This document shows, one piece after another, positions 27,583 through 37,218 of a stretch of 64,000 nt of DNA. Numbering within the stretch: the first letter of the stretch is position 1; every line of letters starts with the position of its first letter. This DNA comes from Thermoleophilia bacterium (GTDB lineage: Bacteria; Actinomycetota; Thermoleophilia; BMS3ABIN01), in the NCBI GenBank assembly GCA_014859345.1, contig JACUUL010000005.1, forward strand, positions 1,072 through 65,071, written 5' to 3'. The translations under genes and the position numbers were made by a program. Under the pieces are notes generated by a model that saw only the letters and a program-made list of their open reading frames with translations, was not told the DNA's origin and did not search any database.

Positions 27583-28182
27583 TTGAAGGACTTAATGCAG
27601 AATCATCCCAAAATCACCACTCTGGCGATGATCGGCCTCGCCTCCCTCGTGGTGCTTTTTCTGTACTACCTGTCCATACAGGAGCCATCGCTCCCTTCCT
27701 CCTCCGAGCCGATCATAGCGCACGGCAGGTCCGGACCGGTGGCGACCGGAGAGGGAATTGGCTCTGGCGCCGGCAGTCCGTCATTTTTCCCCCAGGGAAT
27801 CAGGGATTTGGACTTTGAGTCTCTTCTCGATGATGCCGTCTCCGGCGGCTGGATTCTGGAAAACGTGATATACACCGATATCGACGGGAACGGCACGGAG
27901 GAGGCGGTGGTGTTGCTGCGTGGCAAAGGTGACAGCCGTCCCTTGAACTGGTCTCTTTACGGGCTCCGGGGCGACCTCGTCGAGCTTTTTTATGAACGCA
28001 GCAATGTAGCCCACGGAGAATTGACGGCCGCGGGCCCGCAGCTGGTGGAGCGTGAAGGCGTTTTCGCGGAAGGCGATGCCCCCTGCTGTCCCTCATCCAT
28101 GAAGGAAACCCATTACGTATGGAAGGGCGACTGGTTGGTGGTATCCAGGATCGAGACCGGCCCGGTATCGCCAACGCCATAA
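27583..28182 (+). CDS. LppP/LprE-like membrane-anchored protein
   Basis: N-terminal TM/signal anchor, then 'YTDIDGNGTEEAVV' and a 'CCPS' motif reminiscent of LppP/LprE lipoproteins. Confidence 0.4.
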   Translation: MKDLMQNHPKITTLAMIGLASLVVLFLYYLSIQEPSLPSSSEPIIAHGRSGPVATGEGIGSGAGSPSFFPQGIRDLDFESLLDDAVSGGWILENVIYTDIDGNGTEEAVVLLRGKGDSRPLNWSLYGLRGDLVELFYERSNVAHGELTAAGPQLVEREGVFAEGDAPCCPSSMKETHYVWKGDWLVVSRIETGPVSPTP

Positions 28183-28266
28183 TTACAGGCCGCTGGCATG
28201 GCCGCGGCGGCCAGGCGCCTTCCCGACAGGATCGGCTCTCTTGCCGCTTACCGGCTCGGCTTGCCC

Positions 28267-29433
28267 TTAAAAACTGCCGGGAGCCACGCAGTCCGCCGCC
28301 CAGAGGGAAAGCTGCACTTTTCTGGCCGGCACCGGCCGTCTCCCTCCAAGCAAAACATAGGATTCCGCCCGGCGGGCGGCGGCGCCGGCGCGCTTGAGGT
28401 CGTCCAGGGACTTGATCCGGCCATCCCGGCGGCGCCTGAGGATGCGGCCGGCGGACACCGGTCCTATCCCGGGGACCCGCAGCAGCTCCTCCCGGGTGGC
28501 CGTATTGACCTCTACGGGAAAGAATTCCGGATGTCTTGAAGCCCATGCTGATTTGGGATCAACGCCCGGGGGAAGATTACCGTTCTCATCGAGCACGAGC
28601 TCGTTGGCAGAGAAGCCGTATTTTCTCAACAGGAAATCAGCCTGGTAAAGACGGTGCTCGCGCTCGAAGGGAGCCGGCGGGCGCCCCTCGAGCGGCGTTG
28701 CCCTGACCGGCTGAAAAGCGCTGAAATATATCCTGGAAAGCCCCAGCCGCCCGTAAAGGTCGCCCATAAGTCGGATGAACTCGCCATCGGTTTCCTCTCC
28801 CGCGCCCACCACAAACTGTGTGGTCTGCCCGCGGCAGCGGCCCGCCCTGCTGTCAACCAGGTTCTGGATCCAGGCCATGCGCTCGTAGATGTGTGAATGA
28901 AAGCTCTTCTGCGGAGAGAGCGCCGCCAGCCGGGACGGAGAAGGGGCTTCCAGATTGAGCGACAGGCGGTTTGCCAGCTCTGCTGCCCGCCCTACCTGCT
29001 CACGGGAGGCCCCCGGCAGGATCTTCAGATGCACCCAGCCTCGATAGCCGTGACGGAAACGGACGATCTCCACGGTTTTGATCATCCTAGCCATGGCCTC
29101 ATCGACCGTGCCGCTGATGGCCGAGCTCAGGAACAGTCCGGTGACCTGGCCCCTGCGGTGCATTTCCACGAAGGCGGCGGCAAGCTCCTCCGGAATAAAA
29201 CCGGCCCGGGGGAAGCCGCGGCCTCGGCGCTGGGCGCAGTAGGCGCAGTCCCGGGTACAGGCGTTGGAAAGCAACACCTTGAGCAGGTTGGCGCGCTTCC
29301 CCCCGGGCAGAACGGCCGGATAAATCCAGCGACCCAGCGGTCCCCGGACTCGCGGCTGGGAAGGTCCGCAGGCACATGCCAGGTCATAACGGGCTTCGGC
29401 CGCGAGGATGTCAAGTTTTTGGGCGACGTGCAC
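28267..29433 (-). CDS. putative DNA modification/repair radical SAM protein with C-terminal helix-hairpin-helix
   Basis: 'CTRDCAYC' radical SAM cysteine triad, and C-terminal 'LLRVPGIGPVSAGRIL' HhH. Confidence 0.65.
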   Translation of the reverse strand: MHVAQKLDILAAEARYDLACACGPSQPRVRGPLGRWIYPAVLPGGKRANLLKVLLSNACTRDCAYCAQRRGRGFPRAGFIPEELAAAFVEMHRRGQVTGLFLSSAISGTVDEAMARMIKTVEIVRFRHGYRGWVHLKILPGASREQVGRAAELANRLSLNLEAPSPSRLAALSPQKSFHSHIYERMAWIQNLVDSRAGRCRGQTTQFVVGAGEETDGEFIRLMGDLYGRLGLSRIYFSAFQPVRATPLEGRPPAPFEREHRLYQADFLLRKYGFSANELVLDENGNLPPGVDPKSAWASRHPEFFPVEVNTATREELLRVPGIGPVSAGRILRRRRDGRIKSLDDLKRAGAAARRAESYVLLGGRRPVPARKVQLSLWAADCVAPGSF

Positions 29434-29644
29434 CAGATTCAGCCTTTTTTCGGGTAGAGGCCAGGATAAGGCTATCAGTTCCGGCGGACGGAGCCTGACA
29501 CAGGTTACGGTTGCCGTTCCCGGTCCGCAAAAAACGGAAAATCCGAGAACCGCGCCAAAACCTTGTCAAGCCCGATGGCTGATATGATTGAGTTACATTT
29601 TAGCAGGCATCTGCCAGTGAAAGGATCCTCTGTACATCGTCACG

Positions 29645-30202
29645 ATGGCGCTCGTTATCATCCACAAATTCGGAAAGACGCCGGGAATTTCTCTGGGTGA
29701 GCTGGCTGAGGAGCTAGGCAGCGCATTTCAGGTCCCCGTCTCAGCCGGCGCTCCGCAGCCGCTCCCCCCGGATGGGTACGACCGGCACCGCCACCAGTAC
29801 AGTGCGGCTGTTTTTATCCAGCGCCTGTTACAAATAAAGGAACGATCGCCCATGGATCAGCGGTCGGCCGTGCTCCTGGGATTGACGGGCGCCGACCTTT
29901 TCGTTCCGCAACTTACCTTCGTATTTGGCCTGTCCGACAGAAGGGCCGGAGCGGCCGTTGTTGCCACGAGCCGCCTGAGGCCAGAATTTTATGGCGAAGA
30001 ACCAGATCAGGCTTTTTTTGGCGAACGGGTGCTAAAGGAAGCGACTCACGAGCTGGGCCATGTCTTCGGCCTGCCCCACTGCGGCGATGCGCTTTGTATC
30101 ATGCATTTCTCCAACTCCATCGCCGACACCGACCGCAAGGGCCCCGGCTTCTGCCGGAAGTGCCGGGCGCGGCTGGCCGAACTCGGTATCGTCGGAAACT
30201 GA
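29645..30202 (+). CDS. amzA: archaemetzincin-like zinc metallopeptidase
   Basis: 'HELGHVFGLPHC' followed by a CxxC zinc-binding pair. 185 aa. Confidence 0.7.
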   Translation: MALVIIHKFGKTPGISLGELAEELGSAFQVPVSAGAPQPLPPDGYDRHRHQYSAAVFIQRLLQIKERSPMDQRSAVLLGLTGADLFVPQLTFVFGLSDRRAGAAVVATSRLRPEFYGEEPDQAFFGERVLKEATHELGHVFGLPHCGDALCIMHFSNSIADTDRKGPGFCRKCRARLAELGIVGN

Positions 30203-30230
30203 CGGTCCCCTTTTTCCCGCTTTCCCTTCC

Positions 30231-31086
30231 CTAGAAGAAAGCCTGGATCTCGCCGGCCACGTCCTCGATTGAATATGGCTGCTTCACAAGCGGATCCGTG
30301 GCGATGACCGGCAGGCTGTCCTCAAAAACAGGACGGTCGTTCCTGTAGATGACCCCGGTGGGGATGCGTTCGCCAAACTCCAGCGCCAGTTGGAAGGCCG
30401 CCTCCCTGTCGGTGGGGTCGTGCTCATCAGCTTTTATGTGGTAGACACGCTCCTTGTACCATTTGCTCGTATTGATCTTGTTGAAAACAACGCAATTCTG
30501 TAATATATCAACCAAGGCGAATCCCCGGTGCTCCATCGCCCGCTTCAGGAGTTCCTTGAGAAAATCTGTGTCACCCGTGAACCCCCTGGCTACGAAGCTG
30601 GCATTCATGGCCACCGCCAGGGCCACCGGATTCAGGTTCTCCGGAAGCACGCCGAAAGGTTGGGTCTTGGTCATCATGCCCTGGCCGCTGGTGGGCGAGG
30701 CCTGCCCCTTGGTGAGTCCGTAAATCTGGTTGTCATGCACGAAGAGCTTGACATTGATGTTGCGGCGCATGGCGTGCAGGAAATGGTTGCCGCCCTCGCC
30801 ATAGCAGTCCCCGTCCCCGGCTTCGGCGATTACCGGCATGCCGTGGTTCACCAGCCGGATGGCTGTGGCCACCGGCAGTGTCCGGCCATGCAGGCCGTTG
30901 AAGGTATTGCAACGCGTGTAATGCGGCAGTTTGCCGGCCTGCCCGATGCCGGAGACCACTATCAGCCCGTGAGGCTCCACGCCCAGCTCAACCATGGCCT
31001 GCTTGAAGGCTTTTAGCAACTGGAAATTGCCGCATCCCGGACACCAGGCCGGAATCTGTCCCCTGTAGTCCTCGAGCTCAGGCACG
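30231..31086 (-). CDS. korB: 2-oxoacid:ferredoxin oxidoreductase beta (TPP-binding) subunit
   Basis: 'WCPGCGNF' and the TPP-binding 'GDGD' region. GTG at 31086 overlaps the korA stop by 8 nt. The track ORF extends to 31157 in overlap. Confidence 0.7.
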
Positions 31087-32793
31087 CAGTTTTTCCACCA
31101 CCTCTTCCAGCAGGAACGGCCTGCCATCGTAGCGATTAATCCGCTCATCGAACTCAAAGCCGGTCTCCATGCGAATCAGGCGGGCAAACTGGGAGGTGGC
31201 GTTATTCTCCAGGCAGATGGTGCGCCCGGCGCCGTCAAGAAGATTCATCCAGTCAAACTCCTCCATGCACGGCAGCGGCCAGATTTCATTGAAGTGGAGC
31301 ATGCCGATGCTTTGCCCGTCCCTGAGCGTCTTTACCGCTTCGCCCACAACTCCGAGATTGGAGCCCCAGCAGGCCACGAGGGTCTCGGGGCGCTCGGGTC
31401 CGTAATATCTGGGCGGCGACATTTCGGATTTGATCTGCAGCAGTTTTTTCAGCAGGCGCTTCTCGACCATCTTTATGCGCGTTTCCGCATCCTCCACGAT
31501 ATGGCCCTCCTCGTCGTGCTCGTCACTGTCGGTGACCACCAGGTGCCGTGAGGCCCCCGGCTCGGCCAGCGGCGTGACGCCCGAATCTGTGAACTCGTGC
31601 CTTTTGTACGCCTTCAGCGTGTCCAGCTCCTCCGTGCGCAGCCGGTAATCCCGGTAAACGAGCTTTGACGTTTCAAGCTCTGGCAGGCTCCACTCCGAGT
31701 CGGCCAGGTACTGATCCATGAGGATAATTGCCGGGACCTGGTACTTCTCAGCCAGATCAAAAGCCTTGTTGGTAAGATAGAAAGCCTCCGCCGGCGTTCC
31801 CGGCGCCATGATCACCCGGGGAAACTCCCCGTGGGCGGCATGGGTCACGTAAAGCAGGTCGCCCTGCTCGGTGCGGGTGGGAAAGCCGGTCGCCGGCGCC
31901 GGCCTCATTCCCACGTATATGACCACGGGCGTTTCGGTCATGCCCGCCAGCGAGAGCCCCTCGACCATGAGAGCGAAACCGCCTCCGGCTGTGCCGGTCA
32001 TGGCGCGCACTCCCGCGTAGGAGGCGCCGATGGCCATGTTGATGGCGGCGATCTCGTCCTCGGCCTGCTCCACCACCAGGCTGTGTTTCTTGCTGGCGGC
32101 CGCCAGGTAGGTGAGGATTCCCGTGGAGGGAGTCATGGGATAGGCGGCATAGAAGCGGCAGCCGCTGAGCAATGCGCCCAGCGCCACAGCCGTGGCTCCG
32201 TCCAGAAACATGAGCCGTCCTCCCTCCCCGGGCTCGGTCACGGTAAACTCACAACGCTCGCAGTATTTTTCCGCGTAGTCGGAGCCGGCCTTCGCGGCGG
32301 CTACGTTCCGGTCGACGATATCCTGGCCTTTGCGAAGGAATGTATCGGACAGCAGCTTTTCAAGCGGCTTCAGGTCCATTCCCATAATTCCCATGACCGC
32401 GCCTACAGCCACTGTGTTCTCCATCAACCGGGAACCCGCAGCTTCCTCCGCCAGTTGCCGGAATGGAACGTCCAGGAATACAGGAGATTCGTATTTCTCC
32501 TTGACCGCCTCGGAATCGTAAATTACCAGGCCGCCCGGATTCAGCTCGTGCTCGTGTCTTTGTACCGTCGTCTTGTCCAGGGCGATGAGGATGTCTATTC
32601 CCCGGCGCGAGCAGCTGATCGGGGAATCCGAGAAGCGCACCTGATAGAAATTATGGCCGCCCCGGATACGGGACTCGTAATCCTGGTGCGAGAAGACCTG
32701 GTAGCTCATCCGGGCAAAAAGCTTTCCCAGCACGCTGCCTATGGTCTGCAGCCCCTGCCCTGCCTGCCCGCCTATCATGATGGTGTAATCCAT
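31078..32793 (-). CDS. korA: 2-oxoacid:ferredoxin oxidoreductase alpha subunit (2-oxoglutarate or pyruvate type)
   Basis: 571 aa with 'MIGGQAGQG' N-terminus and KorA/PorA domain order. Confidence 0.75.
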   Translation of the reverse strand: MDYTIMIGGQAGQGLQTIGSVLGKLFARMSYQVFSHQDYESRIRGGHNFYQVRFSDSPISCSRRGIDILIALDKTTVQRHEHELNPGGLVIYDSEAVKEKYESPVFLDVPFRQLAEEAAGSRLMENTVAVGAVMGIMGMDLKPLEKLLSDTFLRKGQDIVDRNVAAAKAGSDYAEKYCERCEFTVTEPGEGGRLMFLDGATAVALGALLSGCRFYAAYPMTPSTGILTYLAAASKKHSLVVEQAEDEIAAINMAIGASYAGVRAMTGTAGGGFALMVEGLSLAGMTETPVVIYVGMRPAPATGFPTRTEQGDLLYVTHAAHGEFPRVIMAPGTPAEAFYLTNKAFDLAEKYQVPAIILMDQYLADSEWSLPELETSKLVYRDYRLRTEELDTLKAYKRHEFTDSGVTPLAEPGASRHLVVTDSDEHDEEGHIVEDAETRIKMVEKRLLKKLLQIKSEMSPPRYYGPERPETLVACWGSNLGVVGEAVKTLRDGQSIGMLHFNEIWPLPCMEEFDWMNLLDGAGRTICLENNATSQFARLIRMETGFEFDERINRYDGRPFLLEEVVEKLRA

Positions 32794-32957
32794 GTGAGCT
32801 TAATTACCCTTAATGACAAGTGGGGAAACAAGGAGGCGAGAACGAGGATTATGTCCCCGTTTGGCCTGCGTTTCCCCGCTTTATGGGTAACGGTCTCCGG
32901 CAAGCGGGATTATGTTCCCGAAGCGGCCCGAAAAAGGAGACCTCTCACACTCGGAGG

Positions 32958-33515
32958 TCATGTTCCCGGAAACAGCTCGCTATACCTGAAAAGCGGCTCG
33001 AACGGCACCCCGGTTTTGGCAACGTTCTCGGCTCCGCCCTCACCGCGGTCCACGAGGGCGTATGCTACCAGCGGTTCCAGCATCTCCTGCCGGGAAATAT
33101 CGATGGCCCTGATGAGGGAGCCGCCGCTGGTCACGACGTCATCGATTACGGCAACGCGCATGCCCGCTTCGACAGGGCCTTCGATCCACCCGGTGGTTCC
33201 GTGTTTCTTCGGCTCCTTGCGGGCGATATAGCCGCCGATGGGATACCCGAGCCTGTAGCCGGCATCGACTACGCCGGCCACCAGGGGATCGGCGCCCAGG
33301 GTAAGGCCGCCAATGACTTTGATTCCGGCGGCTCTCATTTTTGCCACAATCAAATCCGCGCAGAGCGGCAACCCTTCCCCGTCGAGCGTCACCTGTTTGG
33401 TATCGAAATAATGGCTGCTGCGTTTGCCCGAGGTCAGGACAAAATCTCCGGTGAGATAGGCCTTCTCGATCAGAAGATTCCGAAGCCTTTCGCGAATGGC
33501 GTAAGTTTCCGTCAT
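32958..33515 (-). CDS. pyrE: orotate phosphoribosyltransferase
   Basis: 185 aa with a PRPP-binding motif ('VAVIDDVVTSGGS'). Confidence 0.8.
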   Translation of the reverse strand: MTETYAIRERLRNLLIEKAYLTGDFVLTSGKRSSHYFDTKQVTLDGEGLPLCADLIVAKMRAAGIKVIGGLTLGADPLVAGVVDAGYRLGYPIGGYIARKEPKKHGTTGWIEGPVEAGMRVAVIDDVVTSGGSLIRAIDISRQEMLEPLVAYALVDRGEGGAENVAKTGVPFEPLFRYSELFPGT

Positions 33516-33766
33516 TTCCCTCCCTGGGCGGCAAAATTTCTTCCAGACTATTTATACCCCGGCGGAGCAGATTCCGCCAGCTTGGAATGAAGATGACGGT
33601 TTCCAGCGTCGCGGTTTAAAAAACGGGAAAACGGAAACGGGAGCCTGAAATAAGAATGAAGCAAAAAAAGCGATCGGGAATCCGAAGCAGGTCGAACAGT
33701 TCATGATTCAGGGGGAGGATAAGGACGTCCGTCTGAGAATAATCATTACAGCCGGAAGGAGGAAAG

Positions 33767-34003
33767 ATGAAAAGCGAACAACCAGCCCGGGACCGCGGCG
33801 ATAAAGGCAGCCTCGGGGAAAGGGCGGCCGGCGCCGGCCGCGCCAACATCATGGCCGCCGCCCAGATTATTTTCGGGATTGTGATTTTTTCTGCGGCCTG
33901 GTGGGTGCCGGAAGAAAGCCGCCAGACGGCTTTCTATATTTTCGGATTCATCACCGTGCTGATTGGAATCCTGTCTGCGGTTATGCTGGCGCCCAAATCT
34001 TGA
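33767..34003 (+). CDS. small membrane protein (2 TM)
   Basis: Strong RBS (GGAAGGAGG) 8 nt upstream of the ATG. Hydrophobic C-terminal two-thirds. Confidence 0.4.
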   Translation: MKSEQPARDRGDKGSLGERAAGAGRANIMAAAQIIFGIVIFSAAWWVPEESRQTAFYIFGFITVLIGILSAVMLAPKS

Positions 34004-34050
34004 CACTTTCTGAAACAGCGTGTGATAATACCTTATACCCATAGGGGTAA
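34000..34050 (+). promoter_or_regulatory. sigma70-type promoter plus CsoR-type operator: TTGACA (34000-34005), 17-nt spacer, TGtGATAAT (34021-34029), inverted repeat TACCC-ATA-GGGGTA (34036-34049)
   Basis: Read directly. The GC-rich pseudo-palindrome sits just downstream of the -10, upstream of the CsoR-like gene. Confidence 0.6.
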
Positions 34051-34116
34051 AGCTCCCTTCTTTAATTCGTTTGATTTCTCACGGGTGTTTCCTGTCCGTT
34101 CGCGAAGGCAAGGTTT

Positions 34117-34407
34117 GTGATGGCTTCAGTCGAGAAGACAGATACTGAAAAGGCATTAAACAGGCTGCGCCGGATAGAGGGTCAGGTCCGGGGCCTGCAG
34201 CGCATGATTTCGGAAGACAAGCGTTGCGAAGATGTGCTCACCCAGCTGGCGGCCACCAGGGCGGCGCTTGACCGGGTAGGCGTCTTTCTCATCAGCAACC
34301 GCATGAAAGAGTGTCTGAAGCACAGCTCGGTCGAGATCAAGATGAACGACGAAGCCGTAGAAGAGGCTTTCGAAGTTTTCATGAAGTACATTCAACATGT
34401 AAAGTAG
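34117..34407 (+). CDS. CsoR/RcnR/FrmR-family (DUF156) metal-sensing transcriptional repressor
   Basis: 96 aa, 'LNRLRRIEGQVRGLQRMISEDKRCEDVLTQLAA' helical-bundle signature with conserved Cys/His positions. Confidence 0.75.
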   Translation: MMASVEKTDTEKALNRLRRIEGQVRGLQRMISEDKRCEDVLTQLAATRAALDRVGVFLISNRMKECLKHSSVEIKMNDEAVEEAFEVFMKYIQHVK

Positions 34408-34431
34408 ACAGCGGGCCGCATGTAAATATGC

Positions 34432-34460
34432 AAGGGGACATGATTCGTGTCCCCTTTATT
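34432..34460 (+). terminator. intrinsic terminator: GGGGACA-tgattcg-TGTCCCC-TTTATT
   Basis: Perfect 7-bp GC-rich stem followed by a T-run, 25 nt after the csoR-like stop. Confidence 0.75.
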
Positions 34461-34579
34461 CGTTTCCGTTCCTGATACCGGAGGTTCCTGAATAAGCTCC
34501 GTTATCCGATGGAGTTCCGGGTATTTATGAAAATTCTTTTTACTATAGAATTGTAAGCCGGAATTTTGAGATTTGTTAA

Positions 34580-36577
34580 ATGACCCGTCGTCGAAAACAA
34601 AAACAGCGAAAGAGGGCGCGGCGGTCGATTCTGGTATTCGGAGCCGGATGCTTGACCCTGATTCTGGCTGTCGGGGTTCTGGCCGGGAACCAGACGGTCA
34701 TGGCCCTGATCAATGACCTGCCGAAACTCGACGAGGAGAACTTCCTTTCGCTGGGGCAGACTTCACGGATCTATGCGGCTGACGGCTCCCTGCTGGCCGA
34801 GATCTACAATGTCGAGAACCGCACCGTCATGCCCCTCGCGGCCATTCCCAAATATCTGCAGGATGCTACCATCGCCATTGAGGATGCGCGGTATTTCGCC
34901 CATAGCGGCCTGGACTACCGGGCTATCGGACGCGCCGCGGTAATCGATGTCACCGAGGGCAGGCTGGTCGAGGGCGGCAGTACCATTACCCAGCAGCTGA
35001 TCAAAAATGTCTACATGTCGGATGAACGATCATTTAACCGCAAGATGGTTGAGGCGGTAATGGCGGTACAGCTGGAGCGCAGCGCCGGCAAGGATCAGAT
35101 CCTGGAGCGGTATCTGAACACGATCTATTATGGCGAAGGCGCCTATGGTGTTGAGGCGGCCGCCCAGACTTATTTTGGCAAGAGCGTGACCGAACTGGAT
35201 CTGGCCGAATCCGCCATGCTGGCCGGTCTGCCCGTTTCCCCGTCAACGTTCTCTCCGAGGCGCGACATGGCCTCGGCAATTCAGCGCCGCAACCTGATTC
35301 TGCAGAAGATGGCGGATCAGGGATATATCAGCCAGGCCATCGCCGATGGAGCGGCCTCGCTACCCGTCAACCTGAAGACTTACCATGCCACACTGAATGA
35401 ACCGTATTTCGTAGAATATGTCAAGGAACAGCTTGTGGAGAAGTATGGTGCCAAGACGGTTTTCGAGGGGGGGTTGCGCGTCGACACCAGCATCGAGCCG
35501 GGATTGCAGGCTGCCGGACTCGATGCCATTCGCAACACCCTCAATGAGGAGGGTGATCCCGCCGCGGCGCTGGTCGCGATCGATCCTGCCACTGGTTTCA
35601 TCAGGGCGATGGTGAGCAGCCAGGATTTTCAGCAGTCTCAATTCAATCTGGCGGTGCAGGCCCGCAGACAGCCAGGTTCGACATTCAAGCCCTATGTGCT
35701 TACCGCTGCCGTGGAACTGGGCGCCGATCCTGCCAAGACCTATTACATGTCGAAGCAGGTCGACATCCCCATGCCCGGCGGGCCTCCATGGCGCGTGTCT
35801 ACCTATGATTTCCGGTATTTCGGAGTCTCGAGCCTGGAGCAGGCGATGCTGCGTTCTGACAATACGGTCTACGCCCAGCTGGTAATGGACGTGGGTCCCG
35901 AAAAGACGCGAAATGTTGCCGAACGGCTGGGCATCAAGAGTCCCATCACGCCGAATCCTTCGATTGCCCTGGGAGGGCTGGGGCAGGGCGTGTCACCGCT
36001 GGAGATGTCTTCCGCCTATGCCACCCTGGCGGCAAACGGCCTCTATGTGGAGCCGACCGCCATCACCAGAGTGGAGATGCCCGATGGCACAGTTGACTAC
36101 CAGGCTGACCCATACCCGCGGCGGGTGGTCGCCGACGGCGTTGCCTGGACGGTCACCCAGGTGCTGAAGGCGGACATGGAAAGAGGCACCTCATCAAAAG
36201 CCAACCTAGGCCGTACGGCGGCTGGCAAGACCGGATCGACCGAGAATCTCCAGGACGCATGGTTCGTTGGTTATACGCCAGAACTGTCTACCGCGGTCTG
36301 GATAGGCTATCCGGACGGCTCGATTCCAATGACCAACGTTCACGGCGGCAGCGTCTGGGGCAGCGGATTTCCCGCCACCATCTGGAGGATCTTTATGCAG
36401 GAAGCCTTAAAAGATGTCCCTGTCAGGGATTTTCCCCCTCCCAGGGAAATGCCCGAGTTCAAGAAATTGAGCGGTACATACGTGCTGTATTCGGGTGGGG
36501 AAGCCCCGGTCTCAACCACTCCTCGCGATGACGCTTACGGACCAGGCAACGCATCGAACCAGCCGCATGGCGATTAG
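34580..36577 (+). CDS. class A penicillin-binding protein (transglycosylase + transpeptidase; PBP1A family)
   Basis: N-terminal TM, GT51 motifs ('EDARYFAHSGLDY', 'GGSTITQQL') and transpeptidase motifs ('STFKP', 'KTGST'). Confidence 0.85.
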   Translation: MTRRRKQKQRKRARRSILVFGAGCLTLILAVGVLAGNQTVMALINDLPKLDEENFLSLGQTSRIYAADGSLLAEIYNVENRTVMPLAAIPKYLQDATIAIEDARYFAHSGLDYRAIGRAAVIDVTEGRLVEGGSTITQQLIKNVYMSDERSFNRKMVEAVMAVQLERSAGKDQILERYLNTIYYGEGAYGVEAAAQTYFGKSVTELDLAESAMLAGLPVSPSTFSPRRDMASAIQRRNLILQKMADQGYISQAIADGAASLPVNLKTYHATLNEPYFVEYVKEQLVEKYGAKTVFEGGLRVDTSIEPGLQAAGLDAIRNTLNEEGDPAAALVAIDPATGFIRAMVSSQDFQQSQFNLAVQARRQPGSTFKPYVLTAAVELGADPAKTYYMSKQVDIPMPGGPPWRVSTYDFRYFGVSSLEQAMLRSDNTVYAQLVMDVGPEKTRNVAERLGIKSPITPNPSIALGGLGQGVSPLEMSSAYATLAANGLYVEPTAITRVEMPDGTVDYQADPYPRRVVADGVAWTVTQVLKADMERGTSSKANLGRTAAGKTGSTENLQDAWFVGYTPELSTAVWIGYPDGSIPMTNVHGGSVWGSGFPATIWRIFMQEALKDVPVRDFPPPREMPEFKKLSGTYVLYSGGEAPVSTTPRDDAYGPGNASNQPHGD

Positions 36578-36864
36578 AACCTGGCCGCGCCTGATAAAAC
36601 AGGCATAAAGGATTCGCGCCCTCCCGCGGTGAAAAAAATCAAAGAACGGTCAGCAGTCCCCGTACCGCGAGCGCCGGTTATGGGCCTGCCTACGGGACCG
36701 GCGTCCCTCTTCGCGGCAGCCGGGGTGAATGTCCCTGAAGAGGCCCGGCATAACCGGCAGCGCCTGCTGGAAACAGGCATCTTGTCCCCGGAATGGGAGC
36801 AGTTCCGGGGTGACTCTGCTGGAGCGCCCGGCGGCGCCGCAGAGGAGCCTCGGCAAATGGAGCA

Positions 36865-37218
36865 TCAGACAGAGGCGCGGACTTTCCCGGTCAATTTACC
36901 GATGGCATCCTTCCGTCCCACGAGGATGAGCACCAGATCGCGGTTAAGGGGAGCCAGAATCAGATCGTGGCCGGTCAGCTCCAGGTTCAGCAGCCGAGGC
37001 AGGGTGGTGCCCAGTTCCTCGGCCATCGTTTTGAAAGACGCCAGCATGGAAGCGGCATGCGCGGCTATGACTTCCGGATCGGGGCCATTATCTCCCGACC
37101 ACGCCACCAGCAACCCGTCCAGGGATGAAAGACCGGCGGCGTCTATCCCTTCTATCTCGGTGTAGGGCCTGATAATGGCCTCAAGCTCATCCCTCTCAAT
37201 GCGGTTTTTTTCCATCAA
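36865..37218 (-). CDS. Roadblock/LC7 (MglB-like) domain protein
   Basis: 117 aa with the Roadblock fold pattern. Overlaps parB by 4 nt. Confidence 0.55.
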   Translation of the reverse strand: MMEKNRIERDELEAIIRPYTEIEGIDAAGLSSLDGLLVAWSGDNGPDPEVIAAHAASMLASFKTMAEELGTTLPRLLNLELTGHDLILAPLNRDLVLILVGRKDAIGKLTGKVRASV

